NCBI GenBank assembly: GCA_964384365.1
Contig: CAYLKF010000007.1
Span: 10,732 to 74,731, forward strand
DNA: 64,000 nt
Direction of reading: 5' to 3'
From: an uncultured Pseudomonadota bacterium
GTDB lineage: Bacteria; UBA10199; JADFYH01
The translations under genes were made by a program, and so were the position numbers. The notes under the pieces were generated by a model. That model saw nothing but the letters and a program-made list of their open reading frames with translations. It searched no databases and was not told the DNA's origin. Of the stretch, positions 1 to 8,758 are shown piece by piece (position 1 is the first letter of the stretch; every line of letters starts with the position of its first letter).

Positions 1-2
1 CC

Positions 3-380
3 ATTTTACTTCTAAAATTTTTCTTTCCAAAAAGTGAGAGCTTAGGTGCCACACTTCCTGCTCAAGGATTTGTTTTTCAGGCCTTTCTTTTAGAAATTCT
101 TTTAACGGCGATTTTAATGTTTGTCATTTTGAATGTATCGATCGGTTCTAAAGAAAAAGGAGTGATGGCCGGTTTGGCAATTGGAGTAACTGTTGCCCTC
201 GAAGCTTTATTTGCAGGGCCTCTTTCGGGTGCTTCGATGAATCCCGCTCGTTCTTTGGCTCCCGCTTTGGGGAGTGGTCAGCTTGAGTTTTTGTGGATTT
301 ATTTAACAGCGCCCTTCTTAGGCAGTTTTTTGGCAGTTTTTGCGTGCCGGGCTTGTCAAAGTAAGGAGTGCTGTTCGTGA
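3..380 (+). CDS. MIP-family aquaporin/aquaglyceroporin (5'-truncated by window edge)
   Basis: Frame is open from position 3 (ILLLKFFFPKSESLGATLP...). Second NPA box in SMNPARSLAPAL, hydrophobic helices, Cys-rich tail CRACQSKECCS. Confidence 0.9.
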   Translation: MLLLKFFFPKSESLGATLPAQGFVFQAFLLEILLTAILMFVILNVSIGSKEKGVMAGLAIGVTVALEALFAGPLSGASMNPARSLAPALGSGQLEFLWIYLTAPFLGSFLAVFACRACQSKECCS

Positions 381-790
381 AGAAAAATATTCTCTTTGTT
401 TGTATTGAAAATTCTTGTCGTTCGCAAATTGCAGAGGCCTTTGCAAAAATTCATGGGGCTGAAAAAGTGAATGCCTATAGCTCGGGCTCTAAACCTTCTG
501 GAATTGTGAATCCAAAGGCGATCGAATCGATGAAACAATTGGGCTATGATCTTTCTTCTCATGATTCAAAATCGTTACAGCAAATTCCACAAATTGAATA
601 TGATGTGGTAATTACAATGGGTTGTGGCGATGCTTGCCCGTTTGTGAGGGGTAAAAAACGTATCGATTGGCAAATCCCAGATCCTAAAAACATGCCGCTT
701 GAGGAATTCCGAAAAATACGAGATGAAATCGAAAGTAAAGTTCGAGATCTACTCGCTCAATTTTATAGCATTTCAACTTTTAATGAGTAG
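377..790 (+). CDS. arsC: Arsenate reductase, LMW-PTP fold (thioredoxin-type)
   Basis: P-loop CIENSCRSQIAE and GCGDACP. GTG start at 377 overlaps the aquaporin TGA (GTGA); SD AAGGAG at 363-368. Confidence 0.85.
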   Translation: MKKNILFVCIENSCRSQIAEAFAKIHGAEKVNAYSSGSKPSGIVNPKAIESMKQLGYDLSSHDSKSLQQIPQIEYDVVITMGCGDACPFVRGKKRIDWQIPDPKNMPLEEFRKIRDEIESKVRDLLAQFYSISTFNE

Positions 791-875
791 GAATGTACTC
801 ATTAAAAGTTAGAAATACTTATGGTTGGTGAATTAATTTACCCTAATTGGGGTTTAATAAACCATAGGAGTTTGT

Positions 876-1532
876 GTGGCGCATTGGGAACACCGTCCGG
901 AAAAATCTTGGAAAAATTTTCAGTTTAACCAGCCGTATGCCAAGGGTTTGAAACGCCTCAAAGAAGAGGTTTTGGCCAAAACCGATTTTGATCCGGCAAC
1001 TCTTTGGCAATGGGGCACGATGCAGGCCATGGCCCTGATTGAGATTTTGAAGGATGCCGAAAAAGAATTCGGAGAAGCGGGGCAAAAACTCGTTTGCAAT
1101 GGTCTGCGCAAAATTGGTTTGGAGATCGGCCGGCAAATTTTGAAGGGTACTCAAAAACCTGTAGAAATGAGCGAAGCCGAATTTGTGAGTTTTTATGCCA
1201 CGGTGATTAACCGAATTGCTTACGCTTCTCTTGAAGATCCAAAAATTGACGGTGAAAAACAGGTCAGCTTCGATATTCTCTGGTGCCCCCATCAAGATCA
1301 TTATCAGGCGATGGATTGCCGGGTGCAGCGTTATTTTGTGCAGGGAATGCTGGAGGCCTTAGATGAGTTTGGAGCCGCTCAGAATTTTCAGGTTCGTTTT
1401 AATTCCACTATTCCGGCCGGCGCCCCAACCTGCCACTTTAGTATTTGGAAGGCGAGTCCCGGTGAAAAAGCGCATTGGGAAGAATACACCCAACAACTTG
1501 AAAAGAAAGCGATTCAAAACGCCAAAAAGTAA
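876..1532 (+). CDS. Hypothetical protein, resembles ATC-hydrolase-like/V4R small-ligand-binding fold
   Basis: SD AGGAG then GTG. Motifs WCPH...DC...TIPAGAPTCHF resemble that family's C-terminal pattern; family call is from recall only. Confidence 0.5.
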   Translation: MAHWEHRPEKSWKNFQFNQPYAKGLKRLKEEVLAKTDFDPATLWQWGTMQAMALIEILKDAEKEFGEAGQKLVCNGLRKIGLEIGRQILKGTQKPVEMSEAEFVSFYATVINRIAYASLEDPKIDGEKQVSFDILWCPHQDHYQAMDCRVQRYFVQGMLEALDEFGAAQNFQVRFNSTIPAGAPTCHFSIWKASPGEKAHWEEYTQQLEKKAIQNAKK

Positions 1533-1545
1533 TTGAGGAGAAAAA

Positions 1546-2358
1546 ATGAATTTCGAAACTCTAGAAATCAAAGTTGAAAACCAGGTTGCAGAAGTCATTT
1601 TGAATCGCCCCGATAAAGCGAATGCAATGAATCGAGCGTTTTGGAATGAAATTAAACAGGCCTTCGAAGCATTAGATCAAAACCCCAAGGCCCGTGCGGT
1701 TATTTTAAGAGCCAATGGCAAACATTTTTCTTCGGGCATTGATTTGAATTTGTTGGGTGAAATTGCAGGAATCGCTCAGGGCGATTGTCCGGGCCGTGCG
1801 CGAGAAGATTTGAGGCATTTGATTTTAAATTATCAGGGCTCGTTTACGGCGATTGAAAAATGTCGAAAGCCCGTGATTGCCGCGATTCAAGGGGCTTGTA
1901 TTGGGGGAGCTCTCGATATGATTAGTGCCTGTGATATGCGCTTTTGCACCCAAGATGCTTTTTTTAGCATTAAAGAAGTAGAGATTGGCATGACAGCCGA
2001 TGTGGGCACCCTTCAGCGCCTGCCGAAAATAATTCCAGACGGAAAAATGCGCGAGTTGGCCTACACCGGAAGAAATTTTGAAGCGGTAGAAGCTGAAAGA
2101 ATTGGTCTGGTAAATTGTTATTTCGAGAATCAAGAGAAGATGATCGAAGAAGTAAAAAAAATTGCCGAAAAAATTGCTTCGAATTCTCCGTTGGCAGTGC
2201 GCGGTACCAAAGAAATGATTCTTTATAGCCGAGATCATTCGGTTGAAGAGGGTTTAAATTACGTGGCCACCTGGAATGCCGCAATGCTTTTATCGGCGGA
2301 TATTCCTGAGACGATGCTGGCGAAGCAGGAAAAGCGAAAGCCGGATTTCCAAAATTAA
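1546..2358 (+). CDS. Enoyl-CoA hydratase/isomerase (crotonase family)
   Basis: LNRPDKANAM, HFSSGIDL, KPVIAAIQGACIGGALD, DVGTLQRLP; SD GAGGAG. Confidence 0.92.
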   Translation: MNFETLEIKVENQVAEVILNRPDKANAMNRAFWNEIKQAFEALDQNPKARAVILRANGKHFSSGIDLNLLGEIAGIAQGDCPGRAREDLRHLILNYQGSFTAIEKCRKPVIAAIQGACIGGALDMISACDMRFCTQDAFFSIKEVEIGMTADVGTLQRLPKIIPDGKMRELAYTGRNFEAVEAERIGLVNCYFENQEKMIEEVKKIAEKIASNSPLAVRGTKEMILYSRDHSVEEGLNYVATWNAAMLLSADIPETMLAKQEKRKPDFQN

Positions 2359-2363
2359 TTTGC

Positions 2364-2494
2364 AAATGGGTCAGCATTTTCTCCGTTCGCGAAAAACGTG
2401 CCGTAAGGAAAGTTTTAAAATTTTTCAAAGAGTCTATTTTTTTAAAATCGATGGTTCGGCACTTTTCCCTCACTTCAAAAACGCCGACCCATTT
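2364..2494 (-). repeat. Family-1 structured repeat, copy A (131 bp)
   Basis: 17-bp arms 2364-2380 and 2478-2494 (2 G.U on minus strand). Inner stem GTGCCG/CGGCAC; conserved CCGAA and CCTTACGG. Confidence 0.85.
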
Positions 2495-3425
2495 ACGATT
2501 TTTTCCAGATCCATTTCTCTACTCCACTCATCCCCACATAGATCAACGCAATCGAGATGAGGCTTGCGCCCGTAGGAAACGAAAAGAGAAAAGAAAAGAA
2601 ATAGCCAAAGGCAGGCAGTAAAGTGCCAATCAGTGCGGAAACTAAAAAAGCATCTCGAAAAGATTGGGTTTGTTTGAGCGCGATGAAGGGGGGAATTACC
2701 ATTAAAGCAAAAACAGGCAGACTTCCTAAAATTTTGAGAGAAACCGTAATGGCTACCGTGAGGGTGAAGTAGAGAAAAATCATCCAGCTCTTTGCCGATA
2801 AACCGCGAATTTTCATGAAATCAGAATCGGCGGAAACAAAGATAAATTCACGCCGAAAGAAAAAATGAATCAAGAGAAGCGGAACGCAAAATGCCAAAAT
2901 TAAATGGGCGTCTTGAGGAGTTACTGCAACGGCATCGCCGAAGAGTAGAGTATCGATATTATGGCGCCCTTCAGAAATTCGATCTCCTATCATAATAATC
3001 AAGCCCGAAGCGGCGATATAAATGAGTCCCATCAAACTTTCGTCGGGGTATTCACTCCGTTTTCTGAATTTTGCAAAGAGCAGTGCTGTGAGGGCGGCAA
3101 GTAAAAAACCTGCAAGCAAAGGAATTGAAGATTCATTCGAGTGGAGCCCTAAGAGATCAAAGGCTAAAAAACAGAGAAAAATCCCCAGAGAAGCGCCTTG
3201 TGAAAGCGAAAGCGTTACAAACACAATTCGATTCAGAAGAATATAAACTCCCAAAATCGAAAGCGTGAGTCCGCAAAGAGCCCCCCCGAGGATGGGGTCT
3301 TTCCAAAGCGAGTAAGCCTCTAGAAAACGAGAAGACTCCTCGGGTTTTAAAGCAATCATTCCCCCAAAGAGCAGAAGGCTTACGAAACTATAAAAAATGA
3401 ATCTCGAAACGGTGGTTTTTTTCAT
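2493..3425 (-). CDS. znuB: Metal (Zn/Mn) ABC transporter permease, ZnuB-like
   Basis: ABC-3 family motifs (LLNRIVFV..SLSQGASLG, LLFGD); multiple TM helices; operon context. Confidence 0.85.
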   Translation of the reverse strand: MKKTTVSRFIFYSFVSLLLFGGMIALKPEESSRFLEAYSLWKDPILGGALCGLTLSILGVYILLNRIVFVTLSLSQGASLGIFLCFLAFDLLGLHSNESSIPLLAGFLLAALTALLFAKFRKRSEYPDESLMGLIYIAASGLIIMIGDRISEGRHNIDTLLFGDAVAVTPQDAHLILAFCVPLLLIHFFFRREFIFVSADSDFMKIRGLSAKSWMIFLYFTLTVAITVSLKILGSLPVFALMVIPPFIALKQTQSFRDAFLVSALIGTLLPAFGYFFSFLFSFPTGASLISIALIYVGMSGVEKWIWKKS

Positions 3426-4128
3426 GCACGTGTACGGTTTCGCCGTATGCCTCCGATAAGGTTTTTTCGTTTAAGATTTCTTCGACAGGCCCGCAAAAAA
3501 AATTATTTTCGCCCAGTAAGCAAAGCCAGTTCACTTGATTGATGATTCGATTCAAATCGTGATCGATCACCATCCACGAGAAGTGCTCGTTTTGATAAGT
3601 TTGAAGAATTTCCCAAATTTTTTCACGAAATTGATGATCGAGAGAATTGTGAGGTTCATCCATAATTAAAACGTTGGGCTGATCGATTAAGGCTCGCGCA
3701 ATGAGTGTGCGTTGACGTTGGCCCCCAGAGAGTTCTCGCAAGAGTTTTTTGCGCAAGGGCAGAAGATCGAGATTTTTTAAAACTTTTTCAGCCTTGCTTT
3801 CAAAATCAGAACTTGAAAATTTCCAGCGCGAACGCAAAGGCATGAGGCCCATTGTTAAAACATCGTCGACGGTGAGAGGAAATAAGCGATCGATGTGTTG
3901 CTCTTGAGGCACATAGCCAAAGCGGGTTTGCGCAGCCCAGGTGTAAGAACCCGAAAGGGTGGGGATGAGCCCCAAGATGGTTTTCACAAAGGTTGATTTT
4001 CCCGAACCGTTTCCACCAATGATTCCAACACGGGCGCCCTGTGGAATGGCAAAGGAGAGGGGTTTGAAGAGATTAACACCCAGATACCCCATCTTTAGGT
4101 TTTTGGCTTCGAGCAACACTTGTTTCAT
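3388..4128 (-). CDS. znuC: Metal ABC transporter ATP-binding protein, ZnuC-like
   Basis: Walker [31 protein letters not shown]-loop. ATG at 4128 preferred because the longer ORF runs into repeat copy E. Confidence 0.88.
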   Translation of the reverse strand: MKQVLLEAKNLKMGYLGVNLFKPLSFAIPQGARVGIIGGNGSGKSTFVKTILGLIPTLSGSYTWAAQTRFGYVPQEQHIDRLFPLTVDDVLTMGLMPLRSRWKFSSSDFESKAEKVLKNLDLLPLRKKLLRELSGGQRQRTLIARALIDQPNVLIMDEPHNSLDHQFREKIWEILQTYQNEHFSWMVIDHDLNRIINQVNWLCLLGENNFFCGPVEEILNEKTLSEAYGETVHVHEKNHRFEIHFL

Positions 4129-4139
4129 AAAATCTTCTG

Positions 4140-4287
4140 TAGCGGGCCAGTGAGTTCTTACAGTCGCAAAAAAACTCGCCGTAAGGAACAAAAACTAGCA
4201 ATCGATTTTGGAAATTGCCTTATTTCAATTGAAATAGCCCTCGCGGCTCGGCAGTTTTCACTCATTCCAGAACTCGCTAGCTCGCTA
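4140..4287 (-). repeat. Family-1 structured repeat, copy E (148 bp)
   Basis: 19-bp arms 4140-4158 and 4269-4287. Inner stem AAAACT-GCCG/CGGC-G-AGTTTT; CCTTACGG conserved. Overlaps the last codons of znuA. Confidence 0.75.
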
Positions 4288-5194
4288 CAACTTTCTTTAT
4301 CTCATCGATTAAATGATCGATCAAATCAAAATAGGTTTTAATTCCGCTCTCTCCTGTGTCGGTTGGAAGATCGAGCATAGGAATTCCACTTTTTTCCGAA
4401 AGATATTGAGGAATTTTTTTAGGGTAAAAATTTTCAACGAGAATGGCTTTTACTTTATAGTTGGGAAGCATTTTTAAGATTTCATCAACCCGTCCGGAGC
4501 TGGGCGGAATTCCTGGTTTTGCTTCGATGGCCGCCACGATGTTTAGCCCAGTCCAATTCGTGAAATAACTGAGTGAGCGGTGATAGGTAACCACGTCTTT
4601 GCCTTTGAAGGCAGCAATTTCTTTTTCCCAGGTTTTCATTTTTTCGTTGATGCGGTTCAAGAAATTTTGGAACCGAGCCTCATAGTAGGATTTTCCTTCA
4701 GGGTCAACCTGGGCCAAGTGTTGATAAATATTCGCAACCATCAACTTTGCATTCCGAGGGTCGAGCCAAATATGGGGGTTTCCCAAAGGGTGCACGTCGC
4801 CCATCGAGCGGTCGACTAAAGTCTTGGGAACTTCTAAGACTTGAATTCCTTGAGAAAGGTTCACGTTGCCCGGAGCGCCTACCATGATTTTTCCATTTCC
4901 GGATTGATTCACAACGGGTGGCAGCCAGCCCGTTTCTAACTGTAATCCGCCGTGTAAAAGCAGATCGGCTTTATTGAGTGCGACCGCAAACATCGGTTTG
5001 GCATCTAGAAAATGAGGATCTTGATTGCCTCGGGCGAGCGAAGTAACGCTAACGCGTTCTCCTCCAATTTCTTCTGCCAAGCTTCCGAACACTGGCAAGG
5101 TGGCGACGATATTCACCTTAGCTTGAAGGGTAGAAACAGGAAACACGCCGCAAGAGGCAAGAAGGGAAAATAAAAAGAATAAAGTTTTTTTCAT
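4277..5194 (-). CDS. znuA: Metal ABC transporter substrate-binding protein (ZnuA/TroA family)
   Basis: Signal peptide; metal ligands in DPHF, DVHPLGNPHIWLDP, VTYH, IEAKPGIPP. Confidence 0.9.
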   Translation of the reverse strand: MKKTLFFLFSLLASCGVFPVSTLQAKVNIVATLPVFGSLAEEIGGERVSVTSLARGNQDPHFLDAKPMFAVALNKADLLLHGGLQLETGWLPPVVNQSGNGKIMVGAPGNVNLSQGIQVLEVPKTLVDRSMGDVHPLGNPHIWLDPRNAKLMVANIYQHLAQVDPEGKSYYEARFQNFLNRINEKMKTWEKEIAAFKGKDVVTYHRSLSYFTNWTGLNIVAAIEAKPGIPPSSGRVDEILKMLPNYKVKAILVENFYPKKIPQYLSEKSGIPMLDLPTDTGESGIKTYFDLIDHLIDEIKKVVAS

Positions 5195-5211
5195 AAAGTC
5201 TCCGATTATTC

Positions 5212-5295
5212 CCCCCTCTTAAGACTAAGAGGGGGTTAGGGGGCGTTATGATTTTTTCATAACTCCTCCCGTCCTCCTCTTATCTTAAGAGGAGG
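5212..5295. repeat. REP-like palindrome doublet (family 2)
   Basis: CCCCCTCTT-aagact-AAGAGGGGG (5212-5235), then TTATGA/TCATAA, then CCTCCTCTT-atctt-AAGAGGAGG (5273-5295). Confidence 0.8.
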
Positions 5296-5313
5296 AGGTG
5301 TTAGGGAAAAAGA

Positions 5314-6693
5314 TTAAAACAAATGCGCTCCATGGGCACCTAAGCTAAACATGAGTTGTAAAATGACCGCACTCGCCCAATCTTCTCCGGTTAATTTATC
5401 GGCTTCATATTGGAGTCGAATTTGAGAATATTCTGTCGGATTAAAGGCGATTGCGGGTGTCAGCCGAGTTTCGCGCGTTTGTAATCCTACCGGCAAGCCC
5501 ATTTGGTCCCAGCGAAAGGCCGCGTGCCAACGCTTGTAGAATTGCCAATCGAGATAACTGTAAAGTCCACCATCGGTCATGGTTTGGGTAAGATCTTCAG
5601 CGCTCACTTGCATGTTTCGTCCGATGTACTCGGTTTGCCAAGAAAGGCTTGTGTGGGCAGAGGGTTTCCATCTTAAGAGAAAATCTCCGCCGTAGAGCGC
5701 GGTATAATTTCCGGGGGCTGTTGCGTTGTAGCCCCAGGCGAAAGATCCACCCAATAGAAGAGTAAGCGTATTGGTTAGATCGGTGCTGGCGCTTAAGCGT
5801 CCGTTATAGAGAAAATCTTTCTTTTGAGTGCCACCGAAGCTGTTTGAATTATCACCATTGGTGACGGTGCTTTGAAACTGTAAGAAAAACGGAGTAGGAA
5901 AAAGATACGACATTTGCAATCCTACTTCGCCGAGCCCATCAGCCCCCAGCAGATATTTGTTGGCAAGATTATTATCGGCAAAAGTCCAGGCATGAAGATG
6001 TTTAGGGTTTTGGCGTCCAAAGGGAAGCAGCATAATTCCACCTTTAAACTGCAAGCCTTTAGGCAGACCACTCTGGGTGGTGAAATAGGCTTCTTCAATT
6101 TCCACACCCTCTTGGGCAAAACTTAAGAAAGCATCGTAGCGAAAATAAGGATCCACCGCGCCCTGAAAGGCGACTTCGAGCTCCTGAAAAGTAAAACCTG
6201 TACTGGCAGGATCTATGCCCACAGAGCCTGTGTTATCGCCTAGAGGGTCACGTTCAAAATAGGAGCCTGCGAAAGCACCAGTTACGCTAATGTCGGGCAA
6301 AATTTTTGCAGCAGCACTATTACCTGTGGGGTATTTCCAGAGACCAATCGATTTCCGGTTGGCGCCCGGCGAAGCAGGAGCATTATTCACCTGATCGAGC
6401 AGGGCTTGAGATTCTTCTTTTAGAGTTTCTGTTTTTTCACCGATCTTCGGGCTCTCTTGCTCCTCTGAAGGAGTGGGTTTGAGATCTGGCTTCGAAGAAC
6501 GAGAAGTTTTTTTGCCTTCGAGTTCTGATAGGCGTTCATTTTGTTTTTCAACAAGTTCCGTTAATTTTTTTACGCTTTCTTTGAGCTCTTGTACTTCTTG
6601 TTGAAGCGCTTTGGTATCTTGAGCAAACAAGGGTGTGCTTACTTGCAAGAAACAAAGGCATAAAAGAAAGCTTCGTTTAAAAAGCTTAGGCAT
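5314..6693 (-). CDS. Outer-membrane beta-barrel metal-uptake protein linked to the Zn ABC operon
   Basis: Signal peptide, N-terminal coiled coil, beta-strand patterning, C-terminal LGAHGAHLF; first structural gene of the znu operon. Confidence 0.7.
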   Translation of the reverse strand: MPKLFKRSFLLCLCFLQVSTPLFAQDTKALQQEVQELKESVKKLTELVEKQNERLSELEGKKTSRSSKPDLKPTPSEEQESPKIGEKTETLKEESQALLDQVNNAPASPGANRKSIGLWKYPTGNSAAAKILPDISVTGAFAGSYFERDPLGDNTGSVGIDPASTGFTFQELEVAFQGAVDPYFRYDAFLSFAQEGVEIEEAYFTTQSGLPKGLQFKGGIMLLPFGRQNPKHLHAWTFADNNLANKYLLGADGLGEVGLQMSYLFPTPFFLQFQSTVTNGDNSNSFGGTQKKDFLYNGRLSASTDLTNTLTLLLGGSFAWGYNATAPGNYTALYGGDFLLRWKPSAHTSLSWQTEYIGRNMQVSAEDLTQTMTDGGLYSYLDWQFYKRWHAAFRWDQMGLPVGLQTRETRLTPAIAFNPTEYSQIRLQYEADKLTGEDWASAVILQLMFSLGAHGAHLF

Positions 6694-6741
6694 AAATTCC
6701 CCCCTTAATGACTTAAATGATTAAAAACGAGAAAAGCTCAT

Positions 6742-7029
6742 TTAAGAAAAAAGAGGCGGGCCACGGATGAGAAAAGTAAAAGAAGGGGATGCGAGAAATC
6801 TTGTTGTAACAGAAGGGCAAGATTTTTGAGCAAAAGTAAAAGGCGGATTTAAATAATCAGTTTTGGGGGAGTTGAGTTTTGAAAAATGGTGAGAGATCTG
6901 ACAAAGCGAGCAATGCGAGGTTTCTGTGGGAGCTTCTTTATGAGAGTGGCTGAAGCTTAATATCGGCAAAAGCAGGATAGACGCGAAAATCCAGTAACTA
7001 ACCCATTTTTTAAGAATAAACCGTCGCAT
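6742..7029 (-). CDS. Small upstream ORF, DUF2946/CruR-like candidate arrest peptide
   Basis: N-terminal TM helix, HSHSH, HCSLC, C-terminal IRGPPLFS; 48 nt upstream of the OM metal-uptake gene. Confidence 0.7.
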   Translation of the reverse strand: MRRFILKKWVSYWIFASILLLPILSFSHSHKEAPTETSHCSLCQISHHFSKLNSPKTDYLNPPFTFAQKSCPSVTTRFLASPSFTFLIRGPPLFS

Positions 7030-7142
7030 GCGTGCTGATTACCTAAAATTAAGATTTTTTGTCAATCGTCTTAAAGGCCAGCGTTTCTTCTAATCGTGTC
7101 CTCCAGAGGCAGATAGGAAAAAACTCGCCTTTACAGAATTTT

Positions 7143-7619
7143 TTAAAAATGGGGAAATAAAGTCCAAATTTTTAAGGCTAAAAGGAGTCTCAGAGTGAGA
7201 TTGGCGTAAATTCCTGCCGCCAAATCATCGCATACTACCCCTAAACCCCCCGAAAGATTTTTTTCGCACCAATTTGCAGGAAAAGGTTTAAAAATATCGA
7301 AAAGACGAAAACAAACAAACCCCGCGATCACCGTTTTGAAATCAAAGGGAAGGGCAAACATTGTGAGAAGATAACCTGCAATTTCATCGATCACGATTTT
7401 TTCAGAATCTTCTTTTTGAAAATATTGTTCGGCGAGGTTTGAACACCAAACTGCAAGAAAGCAAAAGCCAACAAGAAAACAGAGATTTGAGTAAAAGGGT
7501 AAACCCTTTGTAGCCCAATAAAGCAAAACAGCGACGGCCGTACCATAAGTGCCTTGGGGGCCTGGAAGAAATCCAACACCCGCTCCGGTTGCCAAAAAGA
7601 GGGCAAATTTTTTAACCAT
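7143..7619 (-). CDS. pgpA: Phosphatidylglycerophosphatase A
   Basis: ATGAGVGFLPGPQGTYGT, KIVIDEIAG, FRLFDIFKPFP, GVVCDDLAAG. Confidence 0.92.
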   Translation of the reverse strand: MVKKFALFLATGAGVGFLPGPQGTYGTAVAVLLYWATKGLPFYSNLCFLVGFCFLAVWCSNLAEQYFQKEDSEKIVIDEIAGYLLTMFALPFDFKTVIAGFVCFRLFDIFKPFPANWCEKNLSGGLGVVCDDLAAGIYANLTLRLLLALKIWTLFPHF

Positions 7620-7738
7620 AAGATTATATTTCGTTGACTAGAATTTGAATTTTCTTTCTAATACACCTCTTTTATTGCAAGAGATAGCAGATCTTCGTTT
7701 ATGTAAAAGATTTCTTATTCTTTATCAAAGGAGTTTTT

Positions 7739-8743
7739 ATGCAGAAAAGCCTTCGCTTTAGTTTTTTCTTGGTTCTTTTAGGAATGACAGCCTGCTTTGG
7801 ATCATCGCGAGTCGATCAGGCCATGAAAGAAGGAAAGCCGCTGGTGCGGGTTGGAGATGAGAAAATCCACGAAGGTTATGTTGATTTAATTGAGCGCGTG
7901 AACCCTGCGATTAAGGCTCAAATGGATAATCCGATGGGGAAAAAACGCTTGCTCGATAATTTGATTGAGCAGGAGATGCTCTACCAAGAAAGTATGAGCC
8001 GCGGGATTGAAAAACTTCCTTTGGTGAAAGACAAGATCGATCTTTACCGCCGTGTTGTGGTGGCTCAATCTTTAATTGATGATGAAGTGAATAAAAAAGC
8101 AAAAGCTTACTACGATGCCAACAAAGAGAAAGAATTTGATCGCGTTAAAGTTTCTCAGATTTTCTTTTCAAACATGCCAAAGCCTACTCCACCTCAGCCT
8201 GGAAAACCCATGACTCCACCCTCTGAGGCAGAAAAGAATCGTGCTGCTCAAGAAGCAGAAGTTCAAGTGAAGGCTGCTTATGAGAAGCTAAAGGGGGGAG
8301 AAGCTTGGGAGAAGGTGGTTGAAAGTTATTCAGCCGATAAAAATACAGCCGCTCGCGTAGGCGATTTAGGTTATTTGAGCCGGGGTGATAAAAGAATTGA
8401 GCGCCTTGATTATCAAAAATTGGTGGATGCTGCTTTTAGTCTTCCGAAAGATGGTTTCTCAGAGCCTATTCAAGCCAAAGATGGTTGGCATATTATTCGG
8501 GTTACCGAAGAGAGAAAAATTCAACCTTATGCAGATGTAGAAAACGCCATTCGAATGAAGTTGCGCGGTGAAGTGAAGAATCAATTAATGGCCGACTTGA
8601 AAAATAAAATGAAAGTTCAATATTTGGATGTTTCATTGGCCGAGTCTCAGCCCGCTAATCCGCCCATTAACATTCAACCTCCTGAAAATAAACCGGTGAT
8701 TGTGCCCGAATCGAAGCCCGCGGAGAGTCAGCCGGGGAAGTAG
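7739..8743 (+). CDS. PpiC-type peptidyl-prolyl isomerase lipoprotein (PrsA/SurA-like)
   Basis: Lipobox-like GMTAC; SADKNTAARVGDLG, FSL..DGFSEPIQ..GWHII rotamase motifs; SD AAAGGAG. Confidence 0.85.
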   Translation: MQKSLRFSFFLVLLGMTACFGSSRVDQAMKEGKPLVRVGDEKIHEGYVDLIERVNPAIKAQMDNPMGKKRLLDNLIEQEMLYQESMSRGIEKLPLVKDKIDLYRRVVVAQSLIDDEVNKKAKAYYDANKEKEFDRVKVSQIFFSNMPKPTPPQPGKPMTPPSEAEKNRAAQEAEVQVKAAYEKLKGGEAWEKVVESYSADKNTAARVGDLGYLSRGDKRIERLDYQKLVDAAFSLPKDGFSEPIQAKDGWHIIRVTEERKIQPYADVENAIRMKLRGEVKNQLMADLKNKMKVQYLDVSLAESQPANPPINIQPPENKPVIVPESKPAESQPGK

Positions 8744-8758
8744 GATTTCCCCCCTCTT

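Noticed and set aside
7072-7123. Imperfect hairpin TAAAGGC/GCCTTTA containing AAAAAACTCGCC, similar to copy E
   Set aside because: Lacks the CCTTRCGG and CCGAA cores; at most a remnant or terminator.
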